Positions 10,501 to 20,312 of a stretch of 64,000 bases of DNA are shown piece after piece. The notes under the pieces are model-generated. The model worked only from the letters and a program-made list of their open reading frames with translations, made no database searches and was not told where the DNA came from. The position numbers were made by a program, and so were the translations under genes. Numbering within the stretch: the stretch's first letter is position 1; each line of letters starts with the position of its first letter. Origin of the DNA: Alphaproteobacteria bacterium (lineage in GTDB: Bacteria; Pseudomonadota; Alphaproteobacteria; JAAXGF01); NCBI GenBank assembly GCA_963555825.3, contig CAUVXB020000002.1, forward strand, positions 704,001 to 768,000, read 5' to 3'.

Positions 10501-12192
10501 GCCGTCGCCGGTGGCATCGGTGGCGGGTTCAAGACCGGCGCTTGCGGCTTCGCCCTTATCTGCTTTATTGGCCGTCTCCTGGACGTTATCGCCGTCATCG
10601 CCGTTGTCATCTTCGTTGTCGGCGACACGCGCGACGGTCTCCCAGCCCTCGCCGATGCGGTAAAGCGCCGATAGATGGCGGCCGTGGGCCTGACCGGCGA
10701 GGATGACGCTTTCGAGCTGGGCGTCGGACAGAAGTTCGTCCGTCACGATACGCACGGGAAGCATCGGGCGGTACGACGGCACGGGATGGGGCACGGCCGC
10801 CATGGCGGCGGATTGCACCAGCGGTGTCGGATGTTCGCACGCGCCGGGAATGCGCGCGGTTCGGGGACACCAGGGCTCGTAGACGCCGGCATGGGTGGCT
10901 TCCGGTTCGCTTGCCGTGCCTTCAGGGTTGGCGGGTGAAATTTCGTAGTCGAGTTCGGCCACCGGCCCCCAATCGCGGACTTGCCGGGCTGCGGGTCTGG
11001 TGTTGGGCGCGGCGGCCGCTGCCCGCTTTCGCGTGTCCGGCCGTGCGGCGGCATGGCCGAACAGATCGCCGGCCGGAACAAGCGCAGCGGCAATTGGCAC
11101 GACCGCCTGCCGTTGCGGCACATTGGCGGCGATGGCTGCCAGCAACCCGGCGGCGGTGGGGACGGATTCCCGCGCGTCGATCGGAACGCCGGATGCGTTC
11201 GCGCGATCGATTACGGTCAGCCGGGTATCGAAGGTCGTGCCGCGCCGGGCGTAGGCGCGCCCGTCGATGGCGATGGAAAAGACGGTGCGCGGCGGTGGAT
11301 CGAGCCGTTCGAAGGCGCGGCTCCAGGCGGCATCGCCGGGGATGCAACCGGCCGACGTGATCGCCACCAGCCGCCCGCCCGCCGGGAGCATGGAGAAGGC
11401 GGAACGGAGGTGACGCAAATCCGCGTCGTGACGGGTGCGTTGGACCCCGGGGCTTGCCGAAAACGGCGGGTTCATCAACACCACGGTGGGACGCAGGTCC
11501 GGGAGATAATCGGCGATGGCCTCGGCGTTGTGACGGGTGACCGGCGCGTGCGCGAACAATCCGGCAAGCAACCCGGCGCGGACGGCGGCGATCTCGTTCA
11601 GGTGCAGGGGATTCCTCGAACGCGCGCCATTGCTGCGCTTGCCGAGGGCGCATTCGGCCATGACGGCGAGCATGCCGGTGCCGGCCGAGGGCTCGAGCAC
11701 GATGTCGCCGGGCCGGATGGCGGCGGCTTGCAGCGCGGCGTAGGCGAGCGGCAAGGGGGTGGAGAACTGTTGCAGGGCAAGCTGTTCTTCCGACCGCCTT
11801 GTCTGGGACGGCTCCAGGGCCGCCAGGGTTTCCAGCATGGCGAGCATGGCGGCGGCGGATCCGGGTCCGGCGCCGGCCTCGCGGCGCATGAGGCGGCCGT
11901 AACGCTGGATGAACAGCACCATCGCGGCTTCGGCCGCTTCGTAGGCGTCCTTCCAGACCCAGGCGCCTTGCGCGTCGCTGGCGCCGAAGGCCGCGCTCAT
12001 GGCCTCGCGCAGGGTCTTTGCATCGAGCGCGCGGCCTGCTTCCAGGTTGGGAAGCAGAGCGGTTGCGGCGGCCAGCAACGCGGCAGGCTTCGGGCGGACG
12101 CCCGGGGCATCGGCAATCGCTGGGGATGCGGGAATTGGCCGGAGGGCGGGCGGACGCGCGGGCGCGTTCGCCGCCGGTTGGGCGTCGAGCAT
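7582..12192 (-). CDS. Strawberry-notch family SF2 helicase fused to an N-terminal DNA methylase-like domain
   Basis: VLEPSAGTG and NPPF (methylase); GDGTGCGKG, VFDEAH, YVSATG and QGLGRTHRT (helicase); GGGAG RBS before ATG at 12192. Confidence 0.9.
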   Translation of the reverse strand: MLDAQPAANAPARPPALRPIPASPAIADAPGVRPKPAALLAAATALLPNLEAGRALDAKTLREAMSAAFGASDAQGAWVWKDAYEAAEAAMVLFIQRYGRLMRREAGAGPGSAAAMLAMLETLAALEPSQTRRSEEQLALQQFSTPLPLAYAALQAAAIRPGDIVLEPSAGTGMLAVMAECALGKRSNGARSRNPLHLNEIAAVRAGLLAGLFAHAPVTRHNAEAIADYLPDLRPTVVLMNPPFSASPGVQRTRHDADLRHLRSAFSMLPAGGRLVAITSAGCIPGDAAWSRAFERLDPPPRTVFSIAIDGRAYARRGTTFDTRLTVIDRANASGVPIDARESVPTAAGLLAAIAANVPQRQAVVPIAAALVPAGDLFGHAAARPDTRKRAAAAAPNTRPAARQVRDWGPVAELDYEISPANPEGTASEPEATHAGVYEPWCPRTARIPGACEHPTPLVQSAAMAAVPHPVPSYRPMLPVRIVTDELLSDAQLESVILAGQAHGRHLSALYRIGEGWETVARVADNEDDNGDDGDNVQETANKADKGEAASAGLEPATDATGDGEALSAPVRFRRGWMLGDGTGCGKGRQVAAIILDHWLRGRRRALWLSASDKLLEDARRDWAAIGGTEADIIPLGKFRQGADIPQEAGILFATYATLRSPARQGKRSRLEQIVGWLADGIDEGSRHAYGGVIVFDEAHAMANAAGSKGSRGDTAPSQQGRAGLRLQNALPDARILYVSATGATTVPGLAYARRLGLWGGADSGGETPFEQRTDFVTAMEAGGVAAMEVVARDLKALGLYQARALSYDGVEVEPLEHPLTPEQRRIYDAYAGAFKVIHRNIEDALKATGIMEGDATLNKNAKSAALSAFEGSKQRFFGHLLTAMKCPSLIRAIEADLEAGHACVIQLVSTGEALLDRRIAEIPVSEWDDISVDLTPREACLEYLAHAFPVQLQEPFTDDEGNLMSRPVTDAGGNPVLCQEAVAARDALIEKLAALPPVQAALDQILHRFGGEAVAEVTGRSRRVLRIADSSGERLALRNRPASANLAETAAFMAGDKRILVFSMAGGTGRSYHADLGCGNTRRRIHYLLEPGWRADQAIQGLGRTHRTHQASAPLFRPVTTDVKGERRFIATIARRLDSLGAITRGQRDSQTAMGGGAATLFRTSDNLESPYAKVALRQFYIALWRGNIAGWSMDRFEDATGLKLIWEGSLKEDLPPMPRFLNRLLALPIAEQNELFAELETRIEANIEQAIEAGTHEQGVETIRADSLTVASRETVHVHEASGAATELVEIVRRDRLVPLAAGDALALRDGRPVINTRSKRAAVVLPAPSRMFEDGGVEARVRLVRPAAREPMAAEELAASNWEDAGGDRWRASWDAEIEGLPSHTESRLWLVTGLLLPIWDRLPGENMRVRRLATDAGERLLGRVLTPEQAYAFHDAFGLAGGPLMSSAEMHEAILKRGASFDLANGWRLARRRLMGAARVEIEGPADGDLAALKRMGCATEIVSWRTRVFVPEYIDLGRILERWPLANTNPA

Positions 12193-12439
12193 GAATTGTC
12201 TCCCGAATGGATAAGGGCGGGCCGGAACCGTGGCCGGGGCCTTACGGCTCCGGCGAATGGCCGGGTGGTGCCGGAAGCCGGTGTCCTCGCTCTCCCGGCC
12301 CCGGTTCACCCGGCCCGGGCGCAACCCGCCTCCTTGCGGGCGGGGGCACGGATATGGAGGATTATGCGGGCGCGGCCCGCGGTATCAGGCTGGTCCGATG
12401 CCGATGCGCTTGCCCCGGGGTTGGCGGATGGGAACCTGG

Positions 12440-12985
12440 ATGAACCGAACTCTCGTCATCGTCGTTGCAGTGTCCGTGTTCTGCTCTATCGGTCCTCTCG
12501 CCGATGAAATCCCTTCCGAACTTGACTCGGGTAGTTCCAAAGCCAAGGGATTGATCCTTACGTTCGAAGACTGGCCGCCGGATGGTGTGGAGACGGACCC
12601 TTTTCTCCAAAAGCTTCATTCCGCCGGGCTCAAGGCGGCGCGCAAGTTCCCGCGGTTCAGGGTTTGGGTGTTCGAGTGGGATGAATGGCAGGAGGGCCGC
12701 AGGGCGGAAAACCTGTGTATTGAACTGCTGCTGGACGATCGAACCTCTTCCCTGTTTGGGCCCCACCCTCGGAACGTTGCGCCCGCAGTAAGCGGGATCG
12801 GGGTACGGATCACGCAGGCTGACGGATCCGGCCGGATAAAAGGTGGGTACGCGTATTGCCGCGCGACCGATGCAAGAAGCCCTCTTCCTTCAAGAAGACG
12901 TTCCGAACCTGGCACGACCAACCATAGAGCGGGAAACCCGGGGAGACCGACGTATGCCGACGCCATAGTCCAATTTGTCACTTGA
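12440..12985 (+). CDS. Hypothetical exported protein, C-terminus probably replaced after ~12760
   Basis: Signal-peptide-like start MNRTLVIVVAVSVFCSIG. Composition degrades after LLLDDRTSSLF. Confidence 0.35.
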   Translation: MNRTLVIVVAVSVFCSIGPLADEIPSELDSGSSKAKGLILTFEDWPPDGVETDPFLQKLHSAGLKAARKFPRFRVWVFEWDEWQEGRRAENLCIELLLDDRTSSLFGPHPRNVAPAVSGIGVRITQADGSGRIKGGYAYCRATDARSPLPSRRRSEPGTTNHRAGNPGRPTYADAIVQFVT

Positions 12986-12989
12986 CTGT

Positions 12990-13114
12990 TGTCGCCTCAT
13001 AAAAGGCCCGCGGCGCATGAAGGCCGCATTGTAGGCCGGACATACGACAGTGCCTGAGCGCATGCCACGAGTTGTTAAAGTTTTGCTTGCACCAAAAGGG
13101 GGCGTCCACATATG
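12990..13114 (+). mobile_element. Orphan IS1111-type (IS110 family) right non-coding end
   Basis: GCCGCATTGTAGGCCGGACATACGAC..CTTGCA..GGGGGCGTCCACATA resembles IS1111-group right ends as I recall them; no transposase nearby. Confidence 0.55.
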
Positions 13115-13183
13115 TTTCGTGCTGGATATCGTTCACGATCGGGTCGACCGGCAACATCGAAGCCATCGCGCGCGGCGGCGGGA

Positions 13184-13601
13184 TCATGCTTCGCGACCGC
13201 CATGGCTGGTGAGTATCATCGTCGCCTTGCCGGCGAGGATGCGGGCAGCGGCTTCGAGTTCGGGTCCCGATTCGACGATATGCCCGGCGGCGCGCGCGGC
13301 TTCGGCGTAAATTGACAGGGGATAGCTGGCGGTAAAGTGAATATCACGCTCTATGCCGAGCCCGAAGGGTCCCCGGTATTCGGTCAATTCAAGCAGACCG
13401 TGACCCTAATTCGGGTGTGCCGAAGCCCAAATCAGCCAGGCCGAATGCACACTCATCCGGGTATTCGGGATCGAGCTCCGACACCAACCAGGTGCCGGAC
13501 CCGCATGGGTTGAACCACTTGACCACGGGCTTGTGGTCGGCCCCCCTTCGGGTCCCGTTTGCAAGCAGCTTCGTGCGCTGCTCTTCAGTGAGCAGTTTCA
13601 T
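13184..13601 (-). pseudogene. DUF2958 family protein, frameshifted
   Basis: KPVVKWF..TWL.SELD..FGLADLGFGTPELG continues as GPFGLGIERD in another frame (shift ~13400). Confidence 0.8.
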
Positions 13602-13731
13602 GGAATGGTCCTCTCGAATATCGGTCATCGGGATGCACCCGCGCCCCGGCCATCCGCGCCGGGCCGAAAGCCGGCCCCGGCCCGGAGTGGCGCAAGGCAG
13701 GCGGTTCGCGATGGAAGAATGCCGCCGGCGG

Positions 13732-14232
13732 TCAGCCGGCCGGCAGCGGTCCGGTATCGCCCGGATCCAGAATGAGCACGCGTGCACGGCCTCCGCTGAC
13801 GGTCACATCCGGAGCGCCATCGGCTCTGCGGCGAACGGTGACCAGAGGCTTGTTGCCCGGCGGGGCCGGCGGATCGGCGGCCTCCGTCGTGACGGTGCCG
13901 GCGCCTTCGACGAAACGAATGCGGACGGCGCCGCCCGCGACCTCGATGCCGCCGGGCGGGCGGAGGCCGGTCAGCGTGACCACGGGCGGTTCGCCGTTCT
14001 CTGTAAAACGGTCTGGAACGGGGATCGCGGTATCGCCCCAGGGGTCGGTATCCATGCTCTCGGCCAGGGCCTCGACGAATGTTTGACTGGCTTGGTCGAC
14101 GGACCTCCAGTGGGGATCGTCGCCGGCTTGCTCGATGGCCTTTTCCAGCGCCGCGTCGAGGGTATCGGCTTCGACCGTTACAGTGTTGTGGTAGTGGGAT
14201 GCGTAGCCGCAACAGACGGTAAAATATGTCAT
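13732..14232 (-). CDS. Hypothetical protein, translationally coupled to upstream ATPase
   Basis: ATGA overlap at 14229-14232; protein-like composition. Confidence 0.7.
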   Translation of the reverse strand: MTYFTVCCGYASHYHNTVTVEADTLDAALEKAIEQAGDDPHWRSVDQASQTFVEALAESMDTDPWGDTAIPVPDRFTENGEPPVVTLTGLRPPGGIEVAGGAVRIRFVEGAGTVTTEAADPPAPPGNKPLVTVRRRADGAPDVTVSGGRARVLILDPGDTGPLPAG

Positions 14233-16019
14233 TGGACCACCTCCACATTACTGGCATCGGTTGCGGCCTCCGTGCATACGGGCCCGATATCGACGCTGAC
14301 CTTGCCGCCGCGCACCACGATGGTGACCGTGCGGTCGCGCGGCATGAGCCAGAAGATTTCGCGCCATACCGCATCGGCAATGGTGCGCTGGCGGGCTTCC
14401 TCGACCGAGCACATGAGCTTGAGCGATATATGCAGGGCGGTTTCCTCGAAGCGGGTGAGTTGCGTCTCCCAAGAGTCCGCATCCGCGTCGTCGCTCGGAC
14501 TGAAGTATGCGGCGCGCAACAATCGGGCGAGTTCCTCGGGCGCTATATCGCTGTCCGCCGTCACCAGGGGCAGCGCGTCATGGACCGACGACCAGGCCTC
14601 GCCCGCGAAGGCGAGATCGGCGGGTACGGCGATGGTGTCGCATTTGCGGAAGCAATGGCGCGGGGACTTGGGCGGATGCAGGACATTCAGGTGCATCACG
14701 ATGGTCTCGGGCCGTTCCGGTTCGCCGCCGTTCTGGGGCTCACGAAAGCTGTCTAATGAACGGGCGGCGCCATCCACCGTAACAAGGGTCTCAATGCCGA
14801 TAACGCGCGCGAGCGCGTCGTACCAGGGATAACCGTCGAAACGCGGCTCGGGGGCGAACAGCCGGAGCGTGCGTTCCGATCCGTCCTGGAGCCCGGTAAG
14901 GCCGAGGGCGCGATGAAGCGCCTGGGCCTCGGGCGGCTCGGGGTCGGCCTGCATCGCCAGCGCGCCGGAACCCACAGCCGTAAAGGCGGACCGCTCGTCC
15001 CAATAGTCCGTGTCGGCGATGGCGGGACGCCAGGGGCGCAGTTCGGCGGGCGGCTCGGGCATCTCGATCCCCGCCTCTTTCGCCTTGTGCCAGTCGGTCC
15101 AGGCAACCCGCGGGGCCGCATCGGCCTGCGCCATGGCGCGGTAGACGGCAAGCCGCGCGGCCTCGCGCATCTCTTTCAGAAACGGGGTCTCCACCGCTTC
15201 CTTCCGTGCCGGCAATACCAGCTCCAGATCGGGGCAGGAGTCGATGTCGGCGCGCGCCGACCAGGTGCCGCCTTCCACCGTGTCGACCTGGGGCAGGCGC
15301 ACCGGCAGGGTCAGGCCGTGAAAGTTGACGTCGGGGACGCGGTAGCCCGCATGGCTGTCCTTGAAGACCCCGAACACGAGGCCCTTCCATGGTTCCACAT
15401 GGAGCGCGCCATCGAGAAAGGCGCGGCGTTCGACGGTCTCTCCGCCGATGGTGACCGGCAATGGATAATGGCGGGCGGCGGTCTCAAGGAAAGCGCGGAC
15501 GGAGTGAGGCGCCTCGGACGCTTCGAAGGTGACCGCGGTTCCATGCGGCCAGGGAGCGCTGTCGTCCGGGACGACATGGGCCGCATCGCGGCCGAGAAAG
15601 TGAACAGGCTCCAGCGCCAAGCGGTAGCCTGGGCTTGGGTCCCCGCCGGGGCGGCGCCAGCGCAGTGTGCAGCCCCGGCGCGAGAGAGCGAGAAGCCCGA
15701 ACCCGGCGGGGTCCTCCGCCTCGGCGATGCCGGCCTTCCAGTTGCTCTCGCCGAAGGTCAGCAGGACGGTGGGATCGGCGATCCCGGCGCCATCGTCGAT
15801 GAGAGTAACGCGGGTGGTGTCGCCGTCCTGCTCGATGGTTGCGGCGACGCGGTTGGCACCGCCACGGCGTGAGTTTTGCAGCGTCTCGGTGAAAATATCG
15901 GCAAGGCTAGCCGAAAACAGCCGGGTTACCTTGTCAATGGCGCTGTCGCCGACGCGGGCGCGGATCGTGGCGGAACTATTGCCGGCCTCGGCCGTAACGG
16001 CATTCTGTACGGTAGACAT
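14229..16019 (-). CDS. GHKL (HATPase_c-like) ATP-binding protein
   Basis: N box ETLQNSRR, G1 DDGAGI, G2 GFGL; GGAG RBS. Confidence 0.78.
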   Translation of the reverse strand: MSTVQNAVTAEAGNSSATIRARVGDSAIDKVTRLFSASLADIFTETLQNSRRGGANRVAATIEQDGDTTRVTLIDDGAGIADPTVLLTFGESNWKAGIAEAEDPAGFGLLALSRRGCTLRWRRPGGDPSPGYRLALEPVHFLGRDAAHVVPDDSAPWPHGTAVTFEASEAPHSVRAFLETAARHYPLPVTIGGETVERRAFLDGALHVEPWKGLVFGVFKDSHAGYRVPDVNFHGLTLPVRLPQVDTVEGGTWSARADIDSCPDLELVLPARKEAVETPFLKEMREAARLAVYRAMAQADAAPRVAWTDWHKAKEAGIEMPEPPAELRPWRPAIADTDYWDERSAFTAVGSGALAMQADPEPPEAQALHRALGLTGLQDGSERTLRLFAPEPRFDGYPWYDALARVIGIETLVTVDGAARSLDSFREPQNGGEPERPETIVMHLNVLHPPKSPRHCFRKCDTIAVPADLAFAGEAWSSVHDALPLVTADSDIAPEELARLLRAAYFSPSDDADADSWETQLTRFEETALHISLKLMCSVEEARQRTIADAVWREIFWLMPRDRTVTIVVRGGKVSVDIGPVCTEAATDASNVEVVQ

Positions 16020-16054
16020 TGGGAATCTCCTGGTTGTCGATACGGGAACGAAAG

Positions 16055-16085
16055 ACGCCCCGCCGGACTGAAGCCGGCGGGGCGT
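16055..16085 (-). terminator. Intrinsic terminator-like hairpin after parB
   Basis: 12-bp stem ACGCCCCGCCGG/CCGGCGGGGCGT followed on the minus strand by CTTTCGTT. Confidence 0.6.
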
Positions 16086-16110
16086 TGTCGTGAGAGAAGA
16101 ACGCGGTGGT

Positions 16111-18630
16111 TCAGCCGCGGCGCAGGAATGCCGGTATCTCCAGCAACTCCGCTTTGTTGTCGTGGCCGTTGCCGCGTGGCGGTGCCATGACCTGTTCCGG
16201 CTCTACGGACACGTCATGGTCGCCCGCGTCGGCGGCGGGTGGGCCGGCCACTTCCGGCGCGGACGCCGCAACCGGGAGCGTTGCATCCGCGTTCATGGCC
16301 GAGGCGATTGCCGCGGCGCGGCGTTCGGCCACGGCGGGAGCATCGATGCTCTCGACGATGCCAGGAACGCTCACGTTTATGGGACACGGCGCCTCCATCG
16401 GAGTGGGTTTAGGATCATCGCCCGGTAGTGCATCGGCTTCCGTAGCGTCGTCTTGCCGGTCCTCCCCATCCGCGCCCGATGGATCGACGCTGCTGTGTTC
16501 CAGTGCGTCGACCGATGGCATATCGATCTTCGACGGTTGCTGTTCGGGGGCGGTTGTCCCCTCGTCATCAGCCAAGGCACTGTCGTTGACGGCGCCCGTA
16601 TCGAAGGCGCGGAAGCCCGGCGGCGTCCAGGCGATGGCCGCGGCGCGGCCCTCGGCCGTGACCCCGGCGGGCACATCGCCGCCGTGGGCGAAGGCGTCCT
16701 GCATCGCCTTGGCAATGTCGGCCTTCTTCCGCTTGGCCTCGGCTTGCGCCCAGGTCTCGCCCAGCGTCTCGCGGGCGATGGCGAGGATGCGGTCCTTGCG
16801 CAAGCGCGACCACAGCAGATCGGCGGTCCAGACCTGATCGCGGTTGCCTCGGACAGCGGCGGCGAAATCGATGTCGAGCCGGGCCACGGTCGCTTCGACC
16901 TCGGGCCGGGCTTTGGGTTCGAACGCCAGTTGACCCTTCAGCGTGCGCGCGACACAGGACGCGAACAGGGTCCTTTTGTCCCGTTCGGGAAGCGCCCGCA
17001 GTTCAGCGAAGGCCTCGGCTTCGGGCAGGCCGGCCCAGTCGAGCTTTTGCGCGGCACGGTCGATCTCAAGGTGCTTCTCACCGACATTGATGTCGCCGAA
17101 CGCATCGTCGTTGACCCGCATGGCCGGACGGTCCGGGGTCTCGGCCGCCCTGATATCGAGTGCGTCATCATGGTAGCCGGTGGTGAACACGCTCCGGGCA
17201 AGCTGGAGCAGCAGGAGATCGAAGGCCGCCTCGAAGTCGCAGGCGAGCTGGCTCTTGATGATGGCCGTGCGGATGGCCCGCAAGTCGTCGGCGAGGCCGA
17301 TGCCGACGCCCGCTTCCTTGCGCGCCTCGGCTTCCGCATCGCCGAGCGAAGCGAGGGGAGCCGCAAGTGTGGGAGCCTCGATGCTGGAACTGGCGCTCTC
17401 CCCGTCGCCGGTATCGTCTTGTCCGGCCATGTTCGCATCGTTGGATTCGCGCGCGGGCATGTCCTCGGGCCTGACCAGGCCCTGGATCAGTTTGAGTTCG
17501 CCGTCGTTGCCGACGGTGGCGATGCACCCGGCGATGGCGATATCCTCGCGCCGGTAGACCGCGCGGGCCTCGATCATGGCCTCGATCTCGTCGAGCCGCT
17601 CTTCGTTGCCCTCGGCTTCCTCCACCAATTCTTCGGTCCAGCCGTCGTCGTCCATGTTGGCGAGTTCGTCGTTACGGGTCCGGAGGCGTTCGATCTCGGC
17701 CTTCTCTTCGTCCGTGGGCTCGGCCGGTTGCGGGCGTACCCGCCCGAAAGCGGCGGTGGCGCTCCAGTCCACGTCTAGCCGCGCCTCGGCCCATTTCCAG
17801 CGCGTCTCCAGTTCCCTCGCCGCCGCCTGGAGGCTGTCCATGGCGAGTTTGTTCAAGAGATTAGGATCGTCGAACCAGATCCCTCGCTCGTCCTCCTCGG
17901 CGAACAGGTCGCGGTCGATCCTGCCGCCCGCCGCCTCGTAAGCCTCAAGGCCGACGAAATGCACGATTGCGGAGGTGGCCGGAACCCGGTCCTCGGTCAG
18001 CAGGCGCTTGATCTGCCAGGCGCCAGGCCGGTAGCCCTGTTGGCTCACCGTCTCCCAGACCACGCTCTGGCGCGCCTGATCCGTGGTGACGGCGAAGGCC
18101 ATCAATGTGTTCAGATCGATCTCGCCTGCCCGGTAGGCCTCAAGCAGCACCGGTGCAGCGTTGCCGAGCCTCAGCCGCTTCTCCACGGTGCGCTCCGAGA
18201 CCCCGAAGCGGGCAGCGATGGCGGCCGCCGTGCTGCCTGCATCGGCCAGGCGGCGGAACGCCTCGACCTGATCGGCCGGGTGCATGGCGGCGCGGACACT
18301 GTTCTCGGCCAGCGAAACTTCTTCGGCTGCCACGATATCTCCGATCATCCGGCAGGGCACGGGGTGGTCCTCTTCCAGCGCGCCCTCGGCGGCCAGCGCC
18401 TGCATCGCGGCAAGCCGCCGCCCGCCGGCGATCACCGCGTAGCGCCCGGGGCCATCCGCGCCGGGTCCCATGGAACGGGCAATCAGGTTCTCAAGCAGCC
18501 CGTGGGCTGCGATCGAGGCCTTGAGCTCGGTGAAGGCCGAATCATCGGCCGGCGTCTTGCGCGCATTGTCGGGTGAGAGTTCGAGTTGGGACAGCGGGAT
18601 GTCAGAGATATCGCGTTCGGGGTCGTGCAT
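16111..18630 (-). CDS. ParB/RepB/Spo0J family protein (long plasmid leading-region type)
   Basis: LKASIAAHGLLENL, AGGRRL and SLAEN..MHPADQ motifs, HTH IAARFGVSERTV, acidic tail; GGAG RBS before ATG at 18630. Confidence 0.9.
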   Translation of the reverse strand: MHDPERDISDIPLSQLELSPDNARKTPADDSAFTELKASIAAHGLLENLIARSMGPGADGPGRYAVIAGGRRLAAMQALAAEGALEEDHPVPCRMIGDIVAAEEVSLAENSVRAAMHPADQVEAFRRLADAGSTAAAIAARFGVSERTVEKRLRLGNAAPVLLEAYRAGEIDLNTLMAFAVTTDQARQSVVWETVSQQGYRPGAWQIKRLLTEDRVPATSAIVHFVGLEAYEAAGGRIDRDLFAEEDERGIWFDDPNLLNKLAMDSLQAAARELETRWKWAEARLDVDWSATAAFGRVRPQPAEPTDEEKAEIERLRTRNDELANMDDDGWTEELVEEAEGNEERLDEIEAMIEARAVYRREDIAIAGCIATVGNDGELKLIQGLVRPEDMPARESNDANMAGQDDTGDGESASSSIEAPTLAAPLASLGDAEAEARKEAGVGIGLADDLRAIRTAIIKSQLACDFEAAFDLLLLQLARSVFTTGYHDDALDIRAAETPDRPAMRVNDDAFGDINVGEKHLEIDRAAQKLDWAGLPEAEAFAELRALPERDKRTLFASCVARTLKGQLAFEPKARPEVEATVARLDIDFAAAVRGNRDQVWTADLLWSRLRKDRILAIARETLGETWAQAEAKRKKADIAKAMQDAFAHGGDVPAGVTAEGRAAAIAWTPPGFRAFDTGAVNDSALADDEGTTAPEQQPSKIDMPSVDALEHSSVDPSGADGEDRQDDATEADALPGDDPKPTPMEAPCPINVSVPGIVESIDAPAVAERRAAAIASAMNADATLPVAASAPEVAGPPAADAGDHDVSVEPEQVMAPPRGNGHDNKAELLEIPAFLRRG

Positions 18631-18832
18631 GTCGGTCTCCGGGATTGCGTGAATGCGGAACCGGGCGGGGACACCCTCTTCGGCATCCGCCCTCGCCCGC
18701 CTTTGGCTCAAGCTCTCGCTCTCGGCGACGTAACGGAACCGGATGGGGCCGGAACGGCTGGACCGTGCAAAGACAGTTGAAGCCATCGCCGCCGATACTG
18801 CGCCGGGCAGGCCGCCATGGGCAGGCGCGGTG

Positions 18833-19200
18833 CTGGTTCGATACCCGCCACGCGGCGTCGGGCTGACGGCAGACGCTGCCGTGGGCTTGCTCGGGGCGTC
18901 TGTCGATGGTCACGGTGGGCTGATATTCCCGACAGTTGATGCCGTCGGCGGTCGATCTTTAGGTGCGCGTCGGCGTAATCACCCCCGCGTTGCCAGTATT
19001 GGGATTGTGCCAGGCCCCGCTTGGACGGATCTCCAGCGCTGCTTGCCGCGTGCGGGCCGCATACAGCTTGTCGAGCGAGGCGCCGATCCCGCTGCCGGGA
19101 AACAACCCCGCCATGGTTCCCGCCACCGAGGCCGCGATCCCGAGCTTGCCGCTGTCGGCCGTGGATCAGAGCACGCCTCCGGCGAATCCGTGGAGCCCCC
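18833..19200 (-). pseudogene. 17-kDa surface antigen (glycine-zipper lipoprotein family) pseudogene
   Basis: Manual translation GIGASLDK..WHNPNTGNAGVITPTRT*..CREYQPTVTID..GSVCRQPDAAWR, with in-frame stops at 19166-19168 and 18959-18961. Confidence 0.7.
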
Positions 19201-19442
19201 GCGTCAGCCATCCGCTTCACCCATGATAGCCGGTCATGCAGCCGGCCAGAAACTGCACCGCGACTACAGCGATCGTCCGGCGGGGCAGCGAAAGCTGTTC
19301 TCTCGCGCTCTTTCCCGCCGCCCGAAAGGGCCCATTCTCATTCTCTCGCCGGCGCGTCAGGATCTGGCGGAGGCTGCGCGCCTGTTGGGTAATGTCCACG
19401 CTTGTGGGCCGGCCCAGGATCGACGCCCGGGTCTGTCGGTGC

Positions 19443-20312
19443 TCAGGTCTTAACCTTCGGGATGTCTTCCCAACGGGTTGTGTAGCTGGGCAAGCGGAAC
19501 GCACTGCTCGACCGCCAGGCCGCGGCCTGCGCCGCTGGGCCGAATTGGATCGCTCCCGGCCCCAACCTTTCGTTGATGGCGTCGAATGCTTCGATCAGCT
19601 TGTCGTCCCTTGGATCCTGCGTATCGAATAGGGAAACTTGCGCTTGCCCGGCCTCGACGAGGTCGAGCAGCATCACCCCGGCGCGCTTGTACGCCAGCCC
19701 CTCGCGGTAGATGTGCTTCAGAGCGGCCAGTGCGGCTCGCACGACATGCCTCGTGTTATTGGTCGCTGGTGAAAGCGCCTCTGAGCGGGACGGAGCATGG
19801 TGCGGGGTTTTGCCGAAACGGTTGGTCTCGATGAACACGCTCACCGAGGTTGAGACCAGATTGGCCCTGCGAATGGAGCGCGCCGCATCGGTCGCGAACA
19901 TGGTGATCGCATTGGCCAACTCGTCGTAGTCGCGCACTTCCGCACCGAAGGACCGGGAGACCATCGTCGTTTGCTTGGGCTGGGGCATGTTATCGAAGCC
20001 TATACAGTCCTCGCCGCGCAATTCCCGCACCGTCTTCAGCCCGCCGACGCCCATCTCCTTGCGCACCCAGCCATCGGGCCGCTGCGCGAGATCGAGAGCC
20101 GTCATAACGCCGTTGCGGTTGAGTTTCTTGGCGTACTGCCTGCCGATGCCCCAGATTTCGCCGACTTCCGTTGACGCCAGCGCCCTGTCGCGCCAGCGCT
20201 CGCCGGTGAGATTGAGAACGCCGTCCGTTTTGGCGGAGGTCTTCGCGGGACGGAAGACCCTTTCGCAGGAGACGAAGAAGTTGTTGCAGTCGGCCAGTCC
20301 GTAGATGCTCAT
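19443..20312 (-). pseudogene. umuC: Y-family polymerase UmuC-like, large in-frame internal deletion
   Basis: LADCNNFFVSCER is joined directly to the region preceding EIWGIG; the catalytic SIDE segment is absent; C-terminal YTTRW is present. Confidence 0.85.

Noticed and set aside
7828-14832. Long plus-strand ORFs (7828-9102, 10981-12507, 13417-14832)
   Set aside because: Shadow frames opposite well-supported genes in high-GC DNA.
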